NCBI RefSeq assembly: GCF_018977255.1
Contig: NW_024704742.1
Location: forward strand, 90,150,001 to 90,214,000
From: Callorhinchus milii
Taxonomy: Eukaryota
Direction: 5' to 3'
Length of the DNA: 64,000 nt
Numbering within the stretch: the stretch's first letter is position 1; each line of letters begins with the position of its first letter. Positions 1 through 13,409 of the stretch are shown one piece after another. The notes beneath the pieces are model-generated. The model did not search any database and was not told where the DNA came from. It saw only the letters and a list, made by a program, of their open reading frames with translations. The position numbers and the translations under genes were made by a program.

Positions 1-61
1 CTATTTCTATTAAGTTCTAATATTTATTTTAACGAATCACAGCTGTAATTTTATCAAAAGG

Positions 62-190
62 GTAATAATAATAATAATCCTTGCATTTGATATAGCACTT
101 TTCATTCTTCGAGATGGCTCAAAGCGCTTCACAGAATATATTGTAAAGTGAATTGACTGTATATTTTGTGGGTGAAACACAGCAGCCAAA
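62..190 (-). mobile_element. SINE 3' fragment (Deu-like body plus L2-type tail)
   Basis: (TAA)n-CCTTGCATTTGATATAGCAC...CTTCACAGAATA...GTGAATTGACTG, the reverse complement of the tail of the full SINEs (e.g. 45362-45680). Confidence 0.85.
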
Positions 191-277
191 GGTGTTCTTT
201 TCATTACAGTTTGTTTCCTTTCACTGCACATAAGAGAAAGTAATCCCCGAGCCCCTGTTTTGCCAGTTTATTAGTTA

Positions 278-570
278 TTAATGGCTGATCTTTCAATCTC
301 AATCCGTTTCTCTATAACCTTCCTTCACAAGTATCTATGTAGCTCTCCTTTGAACATCCCAAATCATTTGGCATCCGTGGACTTGTACAGTAGTGCAATC
401 CACATGATCACAATTCTCTGTGGGATCACAACTCTCCATGGGGATAAAATCATTCCTGATCTCACTTCCAACTATCCTAGCTCTAATATTAAGGTGATGT
501 CCTCTTGATTTGGATCCCTCCACCATAGGGAAGAGTCACCCGCTATCTAGCTTATCGATGCCCCTTTTAG
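278..570 (-). mobile_element. CR1-clade LINE 3' fragment
   Basis: Degenerate antisense CR1 end motifs (aagtatctatgtagctctcctttgaa; ttaaggtgatgtcctcttg; ctatctagcttatcgatgcccctt). Confidence 0.6.
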
Positions 571-594
571 TGTGCTAATTCCCTTGTACTCTGT

Positions 595-790
595 ATGTCC
601 TCAACTCTCCTTTTGGCTAACTTGGGCACTGTGTGAACCCCACCACCCACCCACGCTATCATTGGTGACCATGCTTTCAGGTTTTACATCTTTAACCTCT
701 GGAATTCCCTTCCTCAATTCCTCCCTCCCGCCTGCTCTCTAACTGTCGTCATATCCCGTCTCAAAACCTTCCTCTTAAACCACTTCTATG
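595..790 (+). mobile_element. Old L2 LINE 3' fragment
   Basis: ctctggaattcccttcctc...tctcaaaaccttcctct matches other L2 3' ends in the window. Confidence 0.7.
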
Positions 791-794
791 GTTC

Positions 795-1060
795 CATCTG
801 CCTGTTCAGTGGATGTTAAAGATACCACGACACTATTTGAAATGAGAAGGAAGTTTCTCTCTGTGTGCTGGTTACCAATCCCCCAAATAAGATTGGTCAT
901 TCACTTTATGGCTGCGCGTGTAATATTGCTGTGCCAAGTTGGCTGCTGTGTTTGTCCACAAAACATAAGTCACTCCACGTTACAGTAAATGCTATAACAC
1001 ACTTTGAGACATCCTCCTGACGTGAAAGATGCTATACTAAATGTAAAGATTATTATTATG
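795..1060 (+). mobile_element. Old Deu-domain SINE, 5'-truncated
   Basis: gttaaagataccacgacactatttgaa...ttggctgctgtgtttg...tail ending (TTA)n. Confidence 0.75.
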
Positions 1061-2109
1061 GTGTTTAGATGCAGCCTGAGAAGAGCGTTTCTGCAAAGTG
1101 AAAGACCTGAGCAACTTGTAACTCTGCTCAAACAATTTAGCATTGCAGGGAACCTTTATTGAAACCATAAAGTAGACCTTCCATTGCTCCATCAATAATA
1201 GCCACTAATGATTTATCCAGGCTGGGTCCTTTTTAAGGGCCAATTCTACAAATAGTTTTCTGTATTATACATACTGTATTTTAGAGAGTAGCAGAGGATC
1301 TCTTAAACCTGCTGAGTATGGAAAAGTGTCGGTTACATGCTACTTAAATACTGTGCTGGAATTCTCTTTAAATCCTTCCTAACCTCATTGTGTAAGTTAT
1401 AAACGGTCAGTAAACTTAAACAATGAATAAAACCATAAATATGTGCTGGCTGAAATGGTGATACTGTGAACAGAAAAGACCTGAATGGAAATCATAATAC
1501 CCAGACATTGACAGAGCAGGTAGTTGTCAATGTCTTGGCAGCTATGACCAGTCCATGTTAGAACTGACTGACCACCATTGTATTAGCACAAAGTCAGGCT
1601 TATTACCCGTCAGTGTGATGATTGGCTGATTTGATACACAGCGCTCTGTCTTGCGGTGACAGCAAATATTTCCAATAGCTATGTGGGTAAGTTTATAAGC
1701 ACTTCTTGTTCTAGAAATTCTAATTTGTGTGTCTAAAAGTGTTTCCTTCGCTCTTTGGTTATGTGCGCCATTGGTGAAGCCCTAAAAAAGGATCACTTGT
1801 AATGAGCTTCTTTTTGTTCAGGTGTCATTCCTATTCAGTCCTCCATGCTGCAGAAATCTCATTTTTTTTTATCATTTGGGGAGCTGGATGTGAATCTGCT
1901 TAAGAACATTGAAGAATATAGGTGCAGAGAGAGAGAAACAAACAGAGCAAAGAGCACAATGGTTGCTATACTGCTGGAGTTGGTGGGAGATAATATCTGT
2001 ACAAGGAAGGAGACCAGCAGTAGAAATGAAAGTCACTGCATCAAATGCAAGAATTATTATTTTATATGTCTTAAAGTGCTTCACAGGATTCACTGTGAAA
2101 TGTCCCTCA

Positions 2110-2600
2110 GATAGCTATGAGGACTCTCACCTCTTAATCAGCAAGTTGTGGGTTCAAGCCTTAGGTCGGGACTTGGAACACATACAGTCTAGATTGATAC
2201 TTCGTTTCAGTACTGTGGGTGTGCTGCATTTTTGGAGGTGCCATCCTTTGAATGAGATGTTAAACCAAGGTAACCATCTGCAAATTCCAACACTATTTGA
2301 AAAGAGAAGGGAGTTTCTCCCGGTGTCCTAGCCAACCAATCTCACAAATAAAATTGGTTATTCACTTTATGGTGGTTGTTGTGGGATATTGTTGTGAACA
2401 AATTGGTTGCCATGTTTGCCCACAAGATAACAAAAACAACAAATTGCATTTGTATAGCACCTTTCACATTGGAAAGACATCCCAGGGCTTTGTAGGACAC
2501 ACCATTTTCTAGTATATCCAGTGAAAACGCTGCCTGAGATGTCCATCCAACTGAAAGGTGCTATATCAAAGGTAAAGATTATTATCAGTAGCAGTAATAA
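2110..2600 (+). mobile_element. Old Deu-domain SINE interrupted by a short antisense L2 tail (about 2430-2490); antisense SINE tail follows at about 2600-2715
   Basis: gtgggttcaagcc head, ggaggtgccatcctttgaatgagatgttaaacc, Deu core, tail; collinear with 57030-57465. Confidence 0.75.
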
Positions 2601-2759
2601 TAATATTAATAATAATTGTTGTATTTGATATAGCACCTTATCACGGCTTTGAGATGCCTAAAAGCACTTTACAAAATATAGTGTGAAGTGAACTGACTAT
2701 ATTTTGTGGGCATAATAATAATGGGTAATGGTTGAGCTAAAGCTATTACAGTAGATAGA

Positions 2760-2960
2760 GCATAAGAAAACATTGGGATGAGAAAAGGCCATTAACCCAC
2801 AGAAGTTCATTCCTCGAGTACATTACCAGCCACTGGATCGCGCTCAATTTTGAATAATCCCAGGGATGCTGCCTCTTTTACCGTGCTTAGTAGATTATTC
2901 CAAACATTCATCACTCTCTGAGTCAAGACAATTTTTCAGACATCTGTTCTGAATTTTCTG
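2760..2960 (-). mobile_element. CR1 LINE 3' fragment
   Basis: agattattccaaacattcatcactctctgagtcaaga is the antisense CR1 FFTQRV..WN motif. Confidence 0.6.
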
Positions 2961-4739
2961 TTTTAAATGTATAAAGCAAGCAGCATTCTTCCTTTTATCA
3001 GTGTTCGTTTTTTGAGGATTCATTCATCCATTTACTTAACAGTGGTTGTGAACAATAATACACACCTTTTTATGCTGTTGTGGAGGATATAGGAGGCAGT
3101 GTTTCGAAGCATTTTATATGGGTTAAATAAACATTGAGGAAAAGTCTAATGTTGGACATATTATGTAACTCAGCCAAAAACCTACAACTGCAGTAATATT
3201 TTGAGCCCACGCCACGTAGCGTGCTCTAAAAAAAAATGTAACATTGGCCCCCTTGGTTCTGGACTAACAGTGTCTTTTTTTCCGGCATTGATGGAAATGT
3301 TTATTGCCCATCTGTCTTCCACTAAAGAGCCATCATGACCACTAAGTTTGGGGGTGGGGGAGGATAGATCAGGGCTCCTCACCACAGGGGCCTCAGATTT
3401 TTCCTCCCACCAATCTCAAAATATTAAACAATCTCAGTATTGCATCTTGGCAAAAACACCACCTTGGCAACAAATCTGATGGAGTTTGTATCATTTTTTG
3501 TCTGGTTTCAAGTTTTTGAATCATTATCAAAATGAACATGGCAAGGGATGAGCAGGGACTATGCATAGTTCTTTACATTAAGCACCCTGTCTGACACAGT
3601 GGTGGATTTTAGAATGACCACCAATGAATACTCTATACTTACGTGGTTCTTTGCATGTATAACAATATGCTACAAATGCTCAACTGCTATATAAATGCAA
3701 TGTTTGTTGTTGCTGCACTGCTGGGTAGAAATTATTGACCTGGCTGATTTGGAGCACTTTGTAAGGGTGCACTACAAGTGTACTTTCAATTTAGACAAAG
3801 CAAAGGTATTGCCCCTTTGTATATTACTGAAAATGTGGAGTCAAAATGTGTATCTTCATCTTCTGAGAACTACAATACCTCACTTCAATTTCTCACTTTT
3901 TTTCTCCTAGCACCAGAAGTCAGTCATTCAGCCCATCTTTCCCACTTCCGTGCCTTTTCTCCCTAGCCTTTAATAGTCCTACTTTGCAAGTATCTATTTC
4001 TAAATTATCTCATACAGCCCTGAATTTATTACGCTCCTGGGCAATAAATCCACATTCTAAATTCCACAATCCTTGCGTTTGATACAACGGCTTTCATGTC
4101 AGCAGTCTGTCTCAGTAGTGACTGTATATTTAGTATATTTATTGGTGGGCTCGATTTTTTNAAAACACAGAGCCATTGATTGAATGCTGCTTCACAAGAT
4201 ACACATTGAGTTAATTTGATGTTAATTTTAGTTATTTTCAGCTGTACCAGCATAAACCGCTGTCCTTGGAGGCAAGAACAGTGTGAAAATTGTCAGGCCC
4301 AGAAAATGTGCCAGAATTAGGAGAAGGGTATACACTCCCATGGCTAGTCGTTAAGTAAGAGTTAAAAAAAAAGCCCTATTTATAAATAGATTTCACAATA
4401 TGGTATATTGAATATTTCACTTTCATCTGTTCAGCTCCAATTTTATGATTTTTCCTCCCCATCTACCATTTCAGTCACCTTATTATTTTATAACAGAAAT
4501 CTCAACGCACAAAGTTTCGACAACACAGTTACAAATAAAACTAACAAAATACGGTCAAACCTTCATATAGGTTTGGTCACAAACAACGCAGTGTGTTGTG
4601 TTGCAGACACTTGAGCATTTCTATGAAAAATCTCCTTCACAAAAAAACAGTTGCAAGTCTCTGATAGATAGTCACCATCCTGAGGAGCTGAAAGTTTTGA
4701 ATCCTGTTGGGTCCTCTCAACCGTTAATTTTTGGAGGTA

Positions 4740-5224
4740 TAGTCTAACCTGTTTGCAGCAACCACTTAGAGGAGACTGGATCCAAGTGGTCTTTATGTAA
4801 GGATGGCCTCTGAGTAAGGGTTAGTTGGTTCATTAACTGGGTCAAAAATTCCCATGGGCCTGCATGTAGACTCCCACTAAATTCTTAGTGCATTTACCAA
4901 TGCCGCCTCACCAGTAAGGTGGAAGCTGTGACCATCACACGGGCTGCTCAGTGCAGCATTGGCAAATGCGCTAGGAGTTAGCAGGTGTCTAGAGCGGAAA
5001 TTGGTAATGTACATTTAAATTCACCTACAGTCACTTGCAACTGGCCACTGAAAAGAGTGTGTGTACACCTCCAGGGCTAAAAACGAGTGGCCACTGGTTG
5101 CATCAGATAGATGGCTGCAGAATAGAGGTGGCTTATTATGAAAAATTGGTTGCGACTGTTCCAGGGTGGTTGTTGACAGCAGGTGGTTGCTGAATAGAAG
5201 TGATTATTTTAACAGGTTTGACTG
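4740..5224. mobile_element. Non-autonomous Tc1/mariner (Tigger/pogo-like) DNA element
   Basis: TA|tagtctaacctgtt ... aacaggtttgactg|TA: 14-bp TIRs (12/14 match to CAGTCAAACCTGTT) with TA flanks. Confidence 0.6.
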
Positions 5225-5234
5225 TATATAAAAT

Positions 5235-5450
5235 GGGGGTAGCCTCAATTATGTAGTGGATGAAGCTGTAACTCAAAGATCGGGAGTTCATTGTTTTAAA
5301 TCCAGTCCATGTTGAAGTCGCTGCTCTCAGCCAGGGTTGCACGGGGAGATTAAATTGGCCCCAGGCTTCCCAGGATTAGGGAGGAGTAAACGAGCCAGGA
5401 TTCCTGCTCCTGTCCCTCTAAACCTCTGTGCTGCTAGTGTGCCTGTATGT
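5235..5450 (+). mobile_element. Ancient tRNA-SINE fragment, 5' part (AmnSINE2/UCON-type, tentative)
   Basis: agccaggattcctgctcctg motif recalled from ancient vertebrate SINEs; putative related 3' fragments at 8400-8545 and 35693-35860. Confidence 0.35.
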
Positions 5451-5535
5451 TATGTCAATATCAACATCAAATAGCAGGTGAGAAAATGCACTTGAATATT
5501 TCCCTGAGGTATCCGTTTCAATTAATGTTTCCTTC

Positions 5536-5607
5536 ATTTGATACGATTTGATACAATCTGATATGATATGATACGATTTTATATGACTTGAAATGATTTG
5601 ATAGACA
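5536..5607. repeat. Degenerate (GATAT/GATTT/GATAC)n pentanucleotide microsatellite
   Basis: atttgatacgatttgatacaatctgatatgatatgatacg... Confidence 0.8.
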
Positions 5608-7894
5608 AGAAATTAATACACCTGTATCTTACAGATTGGACAAGCAGAGTGCACTGTAAATCTAACTCGCTGTGCAGACCAGTACACAAACTCTACATTA
5701 TTTGCATTTTTGAACGGACGCTATACTTTTGCCATTCAGGCTTCAGGACAAAGCATTTACAAATCAAAGACTACCATTTACGACTAACACAATATTTGTG
5801 GGTCTATTAGTATGGTATCTGTCGTGGTCTATTGCACAAAAATAATCTAGTTTAATTTAACCAATAAAAAATCATTAAAAAGTACTTTGGGGCAGTCAAT
5901 CCATATACGAGCTGAGCTGAAGTCTAGGCAAAATTCAACTTTTCCATCTCCAGCCTATCCTCTTTTTTAATCCCTTTCCTTTGAACATACAATTCCTTTG
6001 GAGTTTTGAGATACCACCATACTTTTCTGAGCAAATCTCAATTAAAGAAAGTTCAGGGAGGAGTAAGTGCATTGGTATGAGACTCATTATGGTCCAAAAT
6101 AACCTCTCGCCCAATTAGATTCAGATAGCGATACCCCAGGCATGGCATGCTTTTGGCTCTAAAATGTCATCTGCAAATGATAATGGGTAGTAAGTGCTCT
6201 GCAAATCCACATTCCTCAACTACTGAGAAGAAGTTGAGCAGAAGTTTATTCACTTAACAAGGTCTGACTAGGGAATGCTGTGAAGTTCTGCAATATGTTC
6301 CTTGAGCTTATGTCCCCTAAGCTGTGTAGGAGAAACCATGGCAAACCATTTTGAAGTCAAGTTTTGTCAACTAACTTTTAACAAATCTATGTTGTCAATA
6401 GTAAAAGAGTTGGCCAAACTGGAAAAAGTAACCCTTGTGCCACATCATCCCATAGTATTTGCTCCTGGAATGTAAAAGCTCTACTTTCAAGTTCCTTCGG
6501 CATCTAAATAATGAATAGATCCTGTTGGAGGTAAATATAAATACCCAGTTTCACTTTGCTGAACAATTGGGCAGCATTGACACTAGAGGCAGCTCCTAAT
6601 GCTATTTAATGGTAAAGTTCCATTAAAATAACAACTTGACATGATTCATAGAAGGGGTTAAATCATTTTAACATGACGATGGTTTGCATTCTTTCCTAAG
6701 GCTTAAATTGTAATCTTTATAACATTCACTCAATTTTTTGAGTCCACAATAAAATCATTTTTTTGCGTATTCAGTAGCACCAGTACTGGCTGTTCTAACA
6801 CTACTTTGTATGTAGCTTGCAATGCTGGGAAACTTAGCATACTGAAACAATGTGCCAAAGGTTCTTTATGAAAGTAATAAAAATTGCTTTTATGATTTTT
6901 TTAAGCTAGAAAAAAAACACAATGAGAACTGACATATTATCCATCATCGTATGCCACTTTGCTCGCCTCTAAAAGGTTGTCAAATTAAATGTAAAGGTAA
7001 TACAGACTCACTTATTTAAGCCCTTCTCCACGGCTTTTGAAGAATGCAGGATAAGCAAAATCCCCTGTTTAAAAGGAAGCTTTTAAACTGGAGTTTTCAA
7101 TTACTTAATCAAACCTGCTTGTACATTATCACATGCTGTGCACGATCCAAACACTATAAATATAGTAATCGACCCACTCCCGGTGTCCTCTGGGAGCTCA
7201 CGTGGCCATTTGCAAATTGTAGCTCATCGACCTCTACCTTCAGTTTAGGCCCATTCACAGGATGCTCTGCCTGCCTCAGTATATTGTTTCACCAGGAATT
7301 AGAGGTTTGGGGCTCGTCTTAGGTAGCTGGTTGCACTCACATGACTTTAATTTTTGGCTATATACTTGGCTTGATTTCTAGTTAGCTTGTTTTTGTTCAT
7401 ACTTGGCAGTGAGTGAGTTGGATAGTTAGCGGCTGCAGTACAGAGTACTCACTCATGCTCCATCACGAATCTTAATCTTGTACTCTCTGGGCAGATGCTA
7501 AAGGAAAGCCAGATTGAAACGAGTGTTTCTGAGTTCTTTTCAATTTTACAGTAAAATAAAGGCAATAGAACATTATGCTATGTAATTTAACTGCTCTGTA
7601 CTTCACTTGGACTATGATTGGAGTAGAACCTAAGAGAAATGAAAACTTTCTATTTAATGACCACCATAGGTTTCATCTTTCTCTCTCTCATTCATACACC
7701 TATACATGCACAAGCCATCTGAAAGTCTCCTCTTTATCACAGATATTGAAATTCTCTCTTTTCTCTGTGTCCTCTCTGCTAAAAGTGTCCTCTTCTCCTC
7801 TTTCTCCTTTCTCTGTGTTAACATCTATCCTTTCTCTCTCTATTGAAAATCACGAAGTAACATTTGTAGTATGCCTTTTCCGCTTCTTAAAAAA

Positions 7895-8210
7895 TAGCAA
7901 TTTACATTTATATAGCCTCCTTGCAGGGTAATGTCTCAGAGAGATAAACAGTGGCAGATTTGACACCAAGCCAGAAAGAGAGAGGGAAGGTGATCGTAGA
8001 CACATTCGAAGAGGAAGCTTCAGATGCAATTTGAAGACTGGGAAGAAGGGAACAAGGTGGAAGGATTGATGCAGTGTCCCAGAATCTCAGGGGCATAGTA
8101 GCTGAAAGTACAGCCACCGATAGTGGAGTAGTGGGGACCAGCAGGAAGCTGGAGCCAGCTGAGCAAAAGGGTTGGGTAGAGGAGTAGGGGTGTAAGCAGG
8201 CTGTAAGCAG
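7895..8210 (-). mobile_element. Old L2 3' fragment
   Basis: caatttacatttatatagc tail; gctgaaagtacagccaccgatagtgg. Confidence 0.7.
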
Positions 8211-8669
8211 GTCAGAAAGTTAGAGAAGTACTATGGCACCATTAAAGAGGACGTCCCAAGGCGCTGGAAGAGCTGGACATTCTCTGCCACAGAGTGGGAA
8301 GAATCCCCCAGAGTGGCTCAGAGCACTGGCTTGATTCCGACATTCCAATGCCAAACAGGTCAACTTAAAGCCAGTTTCCGATGCAGGAAGTGGAATAAAA
8401 CATCCAATGCTGCTGTTTTTTGCTGATTGATCTTTGGTAGAAAATGCAGATAAATGAAGATCAGCTGAGGACAGGATTGGGCTTGGTTCTGGTGTTCCCA
8501 TTCAGTCATATAATCTGCTAACAACTCACTGTTCAGGCTCACTCTTGAGGATAGATCATGTTAATACTCATTAACATTAACAGTAATGATTAAATTGCTC
8601 CTTTGCTTTCAATTGATTATAAGCGCATTCAATCCCAATATAAACACATGATAAAAAATGGCTGTTTTC

Positions 8670-9420
8670 AATACAACAAAAAATTACATTTGTATAGCGC
8701 CTTTCATGTCAGGAGGACGTCCCAAGGTACCGAACAGTCAGGAAACTGCACCTGAGCTGGTGGTTGGAATTAGGATGGGTGGAGGGCAGGGAAAGGAGGG
8801 GTAGGAGGGTGACTGAATGTACGGCTGAAGAGGAGGGTCTTGAGACGGGTCTTGAAAGAGGCAAGGGAAGGGGTGAGGCGGACAGACTGTGAGATGGAGT
8901 TACAGAGAGTGGGGCAGAAAGGCTGAAAGCCTGCCCACCAATGGTGGGATGGGTAAGGCAAGGGACGTGAAGCAAGCCAGAGCCCATTGAGTGGAGTGAG
9001 CAGACAGGTTGGTGGGGGGTTAGGAGATCACGGAGGTAGGGGAGAGCAAGGTTGTGGAGGGATTTGAAGGTGAGTGATGGGGAGCCAGTGGAGTCGGACG
9101 AGAATGGAGTGATAGGATCTCGGAGCATGGTGTGGTAGAGGACACGGGCTGCAGAGTTCTGGATGATCTGCAGCCTGTGGAGGGAGGAGTTGGGGAGGCT
9201 GACAAGCAGTAACTTTGCATAGTCGAGCGTGGATGTAATGAATGCGTGAATGAGGGTCCCGATGGGCCTGCGGTGAGAGACAGTGCCAGAGTTGGGCGAT
9301 GTTGCAGAGGTGAGCAAAAGCAGAGCGGGTCATGGCACGGATGTGGGGGATGGAGGACAATTGAGGGTTGAACAGGATGCTGAGGTATTGGCTCTGTGAG
9401 GTTTAGAGTGCATCGTGAAG
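8670..9420 (-). mobile_element. L2 LINE 3' fragment encoding RT C-terminal region (frameshifted); second L2 tail at about 9425-9520
   Basis: ORF peptides TLIHAFITSTLDY...LQIIQNSAARVL and SFKTRLKTLLF; tail gggacgtcctcctgacatgaaaggcgctatac. Confidence 0.9.
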
Positions 9421-10119
9421 GGTGATTTGCATTTATATAGCGCCTTTTACATTGGAAGGATGTCCCAAGGTGCTTAACAATTCTGACTTGGCACACAAGC
9501 TGGAGATGGGAGCTGTGGGGGGAGAGGTGATCAACCAGAACCTGAAACCATACTCCTTCCTATCGAACCCCTACTGGCACCAACTGCCATGAAGAGAAAA
9601 GGGGGACAGGGCAACAAGGATTCTTGCAAAGTAGAATACTATATGTGGTTGAAAAACTCTGAATCGCTACAACACAAAGTATCCTGTAAGCACAGGGCCG
9701 GAACAGAGAGAATTATTTTGGATATATAATGGGTCAGTAGAGTGACCTGTTCAGACACTTATAGTAACAAATCCTACTGTGGTTAAAAGTTTGCATACAA
9801 TAAAGAGCGCCTGCAGAAATTGATTATAATAAGCCTGATGATGAATGGTGCATTGGAGATCAGAATGTCTGAAGAACATAGAGCCAGCACCAGGACACAG
9901 TGCCAAAATTGTGTAGTTTACAGAACATTTAGGTTCCTGGCTCCATTATCATGGAATTCAATCACCAAATTCCTGCAGGGTATGTAATATTGAAGTGACC
10001 TGCATATTTTTACACTTCCATTACAGATACAGTATCATGGAGCTCTGAATAAAAAGACTTTTAAACACTAGGTGTCATTGGAGTTAGATAAATGACATAT
10101 GAAACATCTACCAGAGGCG

Positions 10120-10285
10120 AATGAATGACTTCCCTCCAGGGAGAGAGTGAGCTTTCCATTCCAGACACAAGAAAATTCCACATGTGTGGCATACATATGT
10201 GGAACTCTATCTGGTTTGGATACTCTTAAGCATGGTGATGGTTTTCTGTATATGTCAGACTCTAGGCTGACTAAATATAAAAGGA
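10120..10285 (+). repeat. Unclassified A-tailed repeat, terminal fragment
   Basis: tttggatactcttaagcatggtgatgg...ggctgactaaa matches 38700-38770 and 54600-54665. Confidence 0.75.
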
Positions 10286-10459
10286 ATCTGGAGTCATAAA
10301 GAGGTGACTTCCAATAATCTCATATCATAGAATAATGGACTATATATAGAGCCCTGATTTATAGGTGCCTAGGATCCACGTCAGGTAAAATATTAAATGA
10401 AAGCCTTGCCCAAAGCTCCTCAGGAATAGCACCCAAAAAGTACTTTCAACACTTCACTC

Positions 10460-10831
10460 TTACTTACCTGCCCGTACTCTCCGTTACTCTGACTCCGGTC
10501 TGCTCCACAACCCCGCCCTAACTGCCCTACCATCGGTGGCCGGGCCTTCAGCCTCTCAGCCCCTAGGCTCTGGAACTCCATCCCCCAGTGCCGTCGCCGC
10601 CTCCTCCCTTTCCTCCTTCAAGGCCGGTCTCAAGACCTTTCTCTTCAACCGTGCCTTCAGCTCCCCTCTCGACTCTCTATCCCCTCCTCGCTCCCTCCCT
10701 CCCTTCCCTCCCCTCACCCTGACCATTTCCCCCCTGCTCGGGTCCCGACCCAACTGTCCAGTGCCTTGGGATGTCCTCCCGAGTGAAAGGCACTCTATAA
10801 ATGCAATCTTGTTGTTGTTGTTGTTGTTGTT
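10460..10831 (+). mobile_element. Young L2 3' end
   Basis: CpG-rich, SSFKAGLKTFLF frame, (GTT)n tail; close match to 11448-11820. Confidence 0.9.
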
Positions 10832-11447
10832 AATGGTGCTGTGGACGAACAGGCATTAAATAGAGAAAATTCACTGAATGCAAACACAAAAGTGGCAGAT
10901 TTGGCTCAATCTACCCAATGCTTTTTTCTAAATCATTGTGTCAGTCATGAACAATACAAAGGCAATGCATCCAAAGACAAAATGACATTCACAAAGTTCA
11001 AACTGCAGAAAGTTTTTTTTAAAAAATGTATTGCCTGGAATTTTATTAAACTCGCCTGAACTAACTTGGTTAACTGTCAACTACTATTTGACCTTCAAAC
11101 AGAGGAAATTAATCTGAGAGAGAAAGAAAATACACATTTGGTGCAGACATGGAACATAGAAAGAGGTGCTGCAGGCAAGGATCAGAGTAATAGAAACACA
11201 AGAGGCCTGCAATTCACCTAGTAAAGATTACAGTAATGGGGTTTGAAAGGGCCTCGTAAGGAAAATGGCAATGAAAATGGTGCCTTACTACCAAAAAAAT
11301 TCACAATGTAAAATCCATCTCCTACGGTGAATAAATCTCATGTATATCACAATCATCTGCAGACCTCAGTTCTGAGGCAATTTCTGCTTTGACACAATAT
11401 CTTCCAGGCTGCTGTGATTTTTGCCTAGAAAATCCATAGTCACTACC

Positions 11448-11975
11448 ACAACAACAACAACAAGATTTCATTTATAGAGCGCCTTTCACAGTGGGAGGAC
11501 GTCCCAAGGCACTGGACAGTTGGGTTGGGACCCGAGCAGGGGGGAACTGGTCAGGGTGAGGGGAGGGAAGGGAGGGTGTGAGGAGCGGGTAGAGAGTCGA
11601 GAGGGGAGCTGAAGGCACGGTCAAAGAGAAAGGTCTTGAGACCGGTCTTGAAGGAGGAAAGGGAGGAGGCAAGGCGAAGGCACTGAGGGATAGAGTTCCA
11701 GAGCCTAGGGGCTGAGAGGCTGAAGGCCCGGCCACCGATGGTAGGGCGGTTAGGGCGGGGGATGTGGAGCAGACCGGAGCCAGAGGGACGGAGGGTACGG
11801 GCAGGTAAGTAGGGGGATAGTAGGTCGGAGAGGTAGGAGGGAGCAAGGCCGTGAATGGCCTGGTAGTTGAGGATGAGGATCTTGAATTCAATCCTCTGGG
11901 GGATGGCGAGCCAGTGGAGGCGAGCGAGGGTGGGAGTGATGTGGTCGCTCCAAGCCATGGGCGGGGCAAGGTGTC
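11448..11975 (-). mobile_element. Young L2 3' fragment, abutting an older L2 (about 11975-12255) and a plus-strand SINE tail (about 12255-12335)
   Basis: ORF 11551-12096: DHITPTLARLHWLAIPQRIEFKILILNYQAIHGLAPSYL...APRLWNSIP...FKTGLKTFLF. Confidence 0.92.
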
Positions 11976-13409
11976 CGTAAGCACGGTCGAAGAGGAAGGT
12001 TTTCAGAAGGGACTTGAAAAAGGGGAGAGAGGGGGCAAGGTGGAGGGATTGAGGGAGAGCCTTCCAGAGTTTTAGGGCATATGGCTGAAAGCTCAACCTC
12101 CAATGGTGGGGTGGAAGGTCTGAGGAACAGGCAGGAGGCTGGTGTCAGTCAAGTGGAGACGCTGCGTGGTAGATTGGGAACTGAGAAGGTCGGAGAGGTA
12201 GGGAGCTGCCAAAGAGTGAAGGGATTTGAACACAAGTGTGAAGACTTGAAGTCGAGCTTTACAGTAAATCCTGTGAAGATCTTTGACACATCTCCAAAGG
12301 TAAAAGGTCAAATATAAGAATTATCATTGTTATTATGTACACGAGGGTTCCCTGTGACAGATTCACTTTACACCCTGATGCAATTTTTCCCTATATCACG
12401 GCACCATTTATGCTGGTGCTGTGCACACGAGCGCTAATGTGCTCAACCTCAATGTGACATTTATGTGTCATACACCAACCACCCTGTAGTTCCTGGGAAC
12501 TGAAGTGGTCAATTTAATGCCGAATTAGGCGGCAATTCTGGGCTCTGGAATGTGGCCCATCAGAAGCTGTGCAGAGTCTGCGCCAACACATTTGACAGAA
12601 GACACTTATACTTATTTGGCAGAGGGAGGGCGCTTTTGTGACACCTGTCTGCGTTTATGTCAAACCTGGGGAGTCATTTCAAAATAAAATGTCGAACCAT
12701 TTCAATTTGAATCAGTGGTTCGCTAAAGCATGTACAATTGAATAACATCTCACTATATTTTAATTGTAGAGACACCAAAACAATACCCTTGAACAGCAAT
12801 TTCTGTATAAATATATCATTACTCAAATTGCAGACTGTACGGCACTACAGCTTGCTCATGAATCCAATGCATAATTAATGCATCTCTGTTTTTTTCCACT
12901 GTGGCTGCTTTGAATCATACAATTACAAAGAACTTTACGGCACTGAAACAGGCCGATTGAGCCAACTAGCCCACACCAGTGTTTATACTCTACACACAAA
13001 CCTCTACCCTCCTAAACAGCATGGGCTAGGCTGGGTTTCTGGTTCAGCAACAATCAGGAAATGTAAACTGTTGAAATGGAATCAAATGCTTCTGAACATT
13101 TTACTCCATGATATATAAATACAAGCATTGCTATTTCACAATGATGGGCAAATGGTTTACCATTTATAGTTACTGTGATTTTACTGCAAGTTCTATGCAT
13201 TTCAACTTTGCTGTTGAATTTGGGAATTTCAATTATGTGCACTTAAAATATCTGGCTCACCTCACAAGATCACAGAGGTTTGGATGAACAAGGCCATTTG
13301 GACTATTTGATCTCATTCTTTCAGAATAATGAGCCTATGATTCTTCTAGCATCAAGCTGTGTTTTTTTAAAAATCCAGCCTCAGCCGCTCTTCTTTTTGA
13401 TAAGTTGTT

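Noticed and set aside
1845..2331. Overlapping ORFs of 89-140 aa
   Set aside because: They run into SINE sequence and resemble no protein I recognise
4161..4161. Single N base
   Set aside because: Assembly ambiguity between homopolymer runs, not biological
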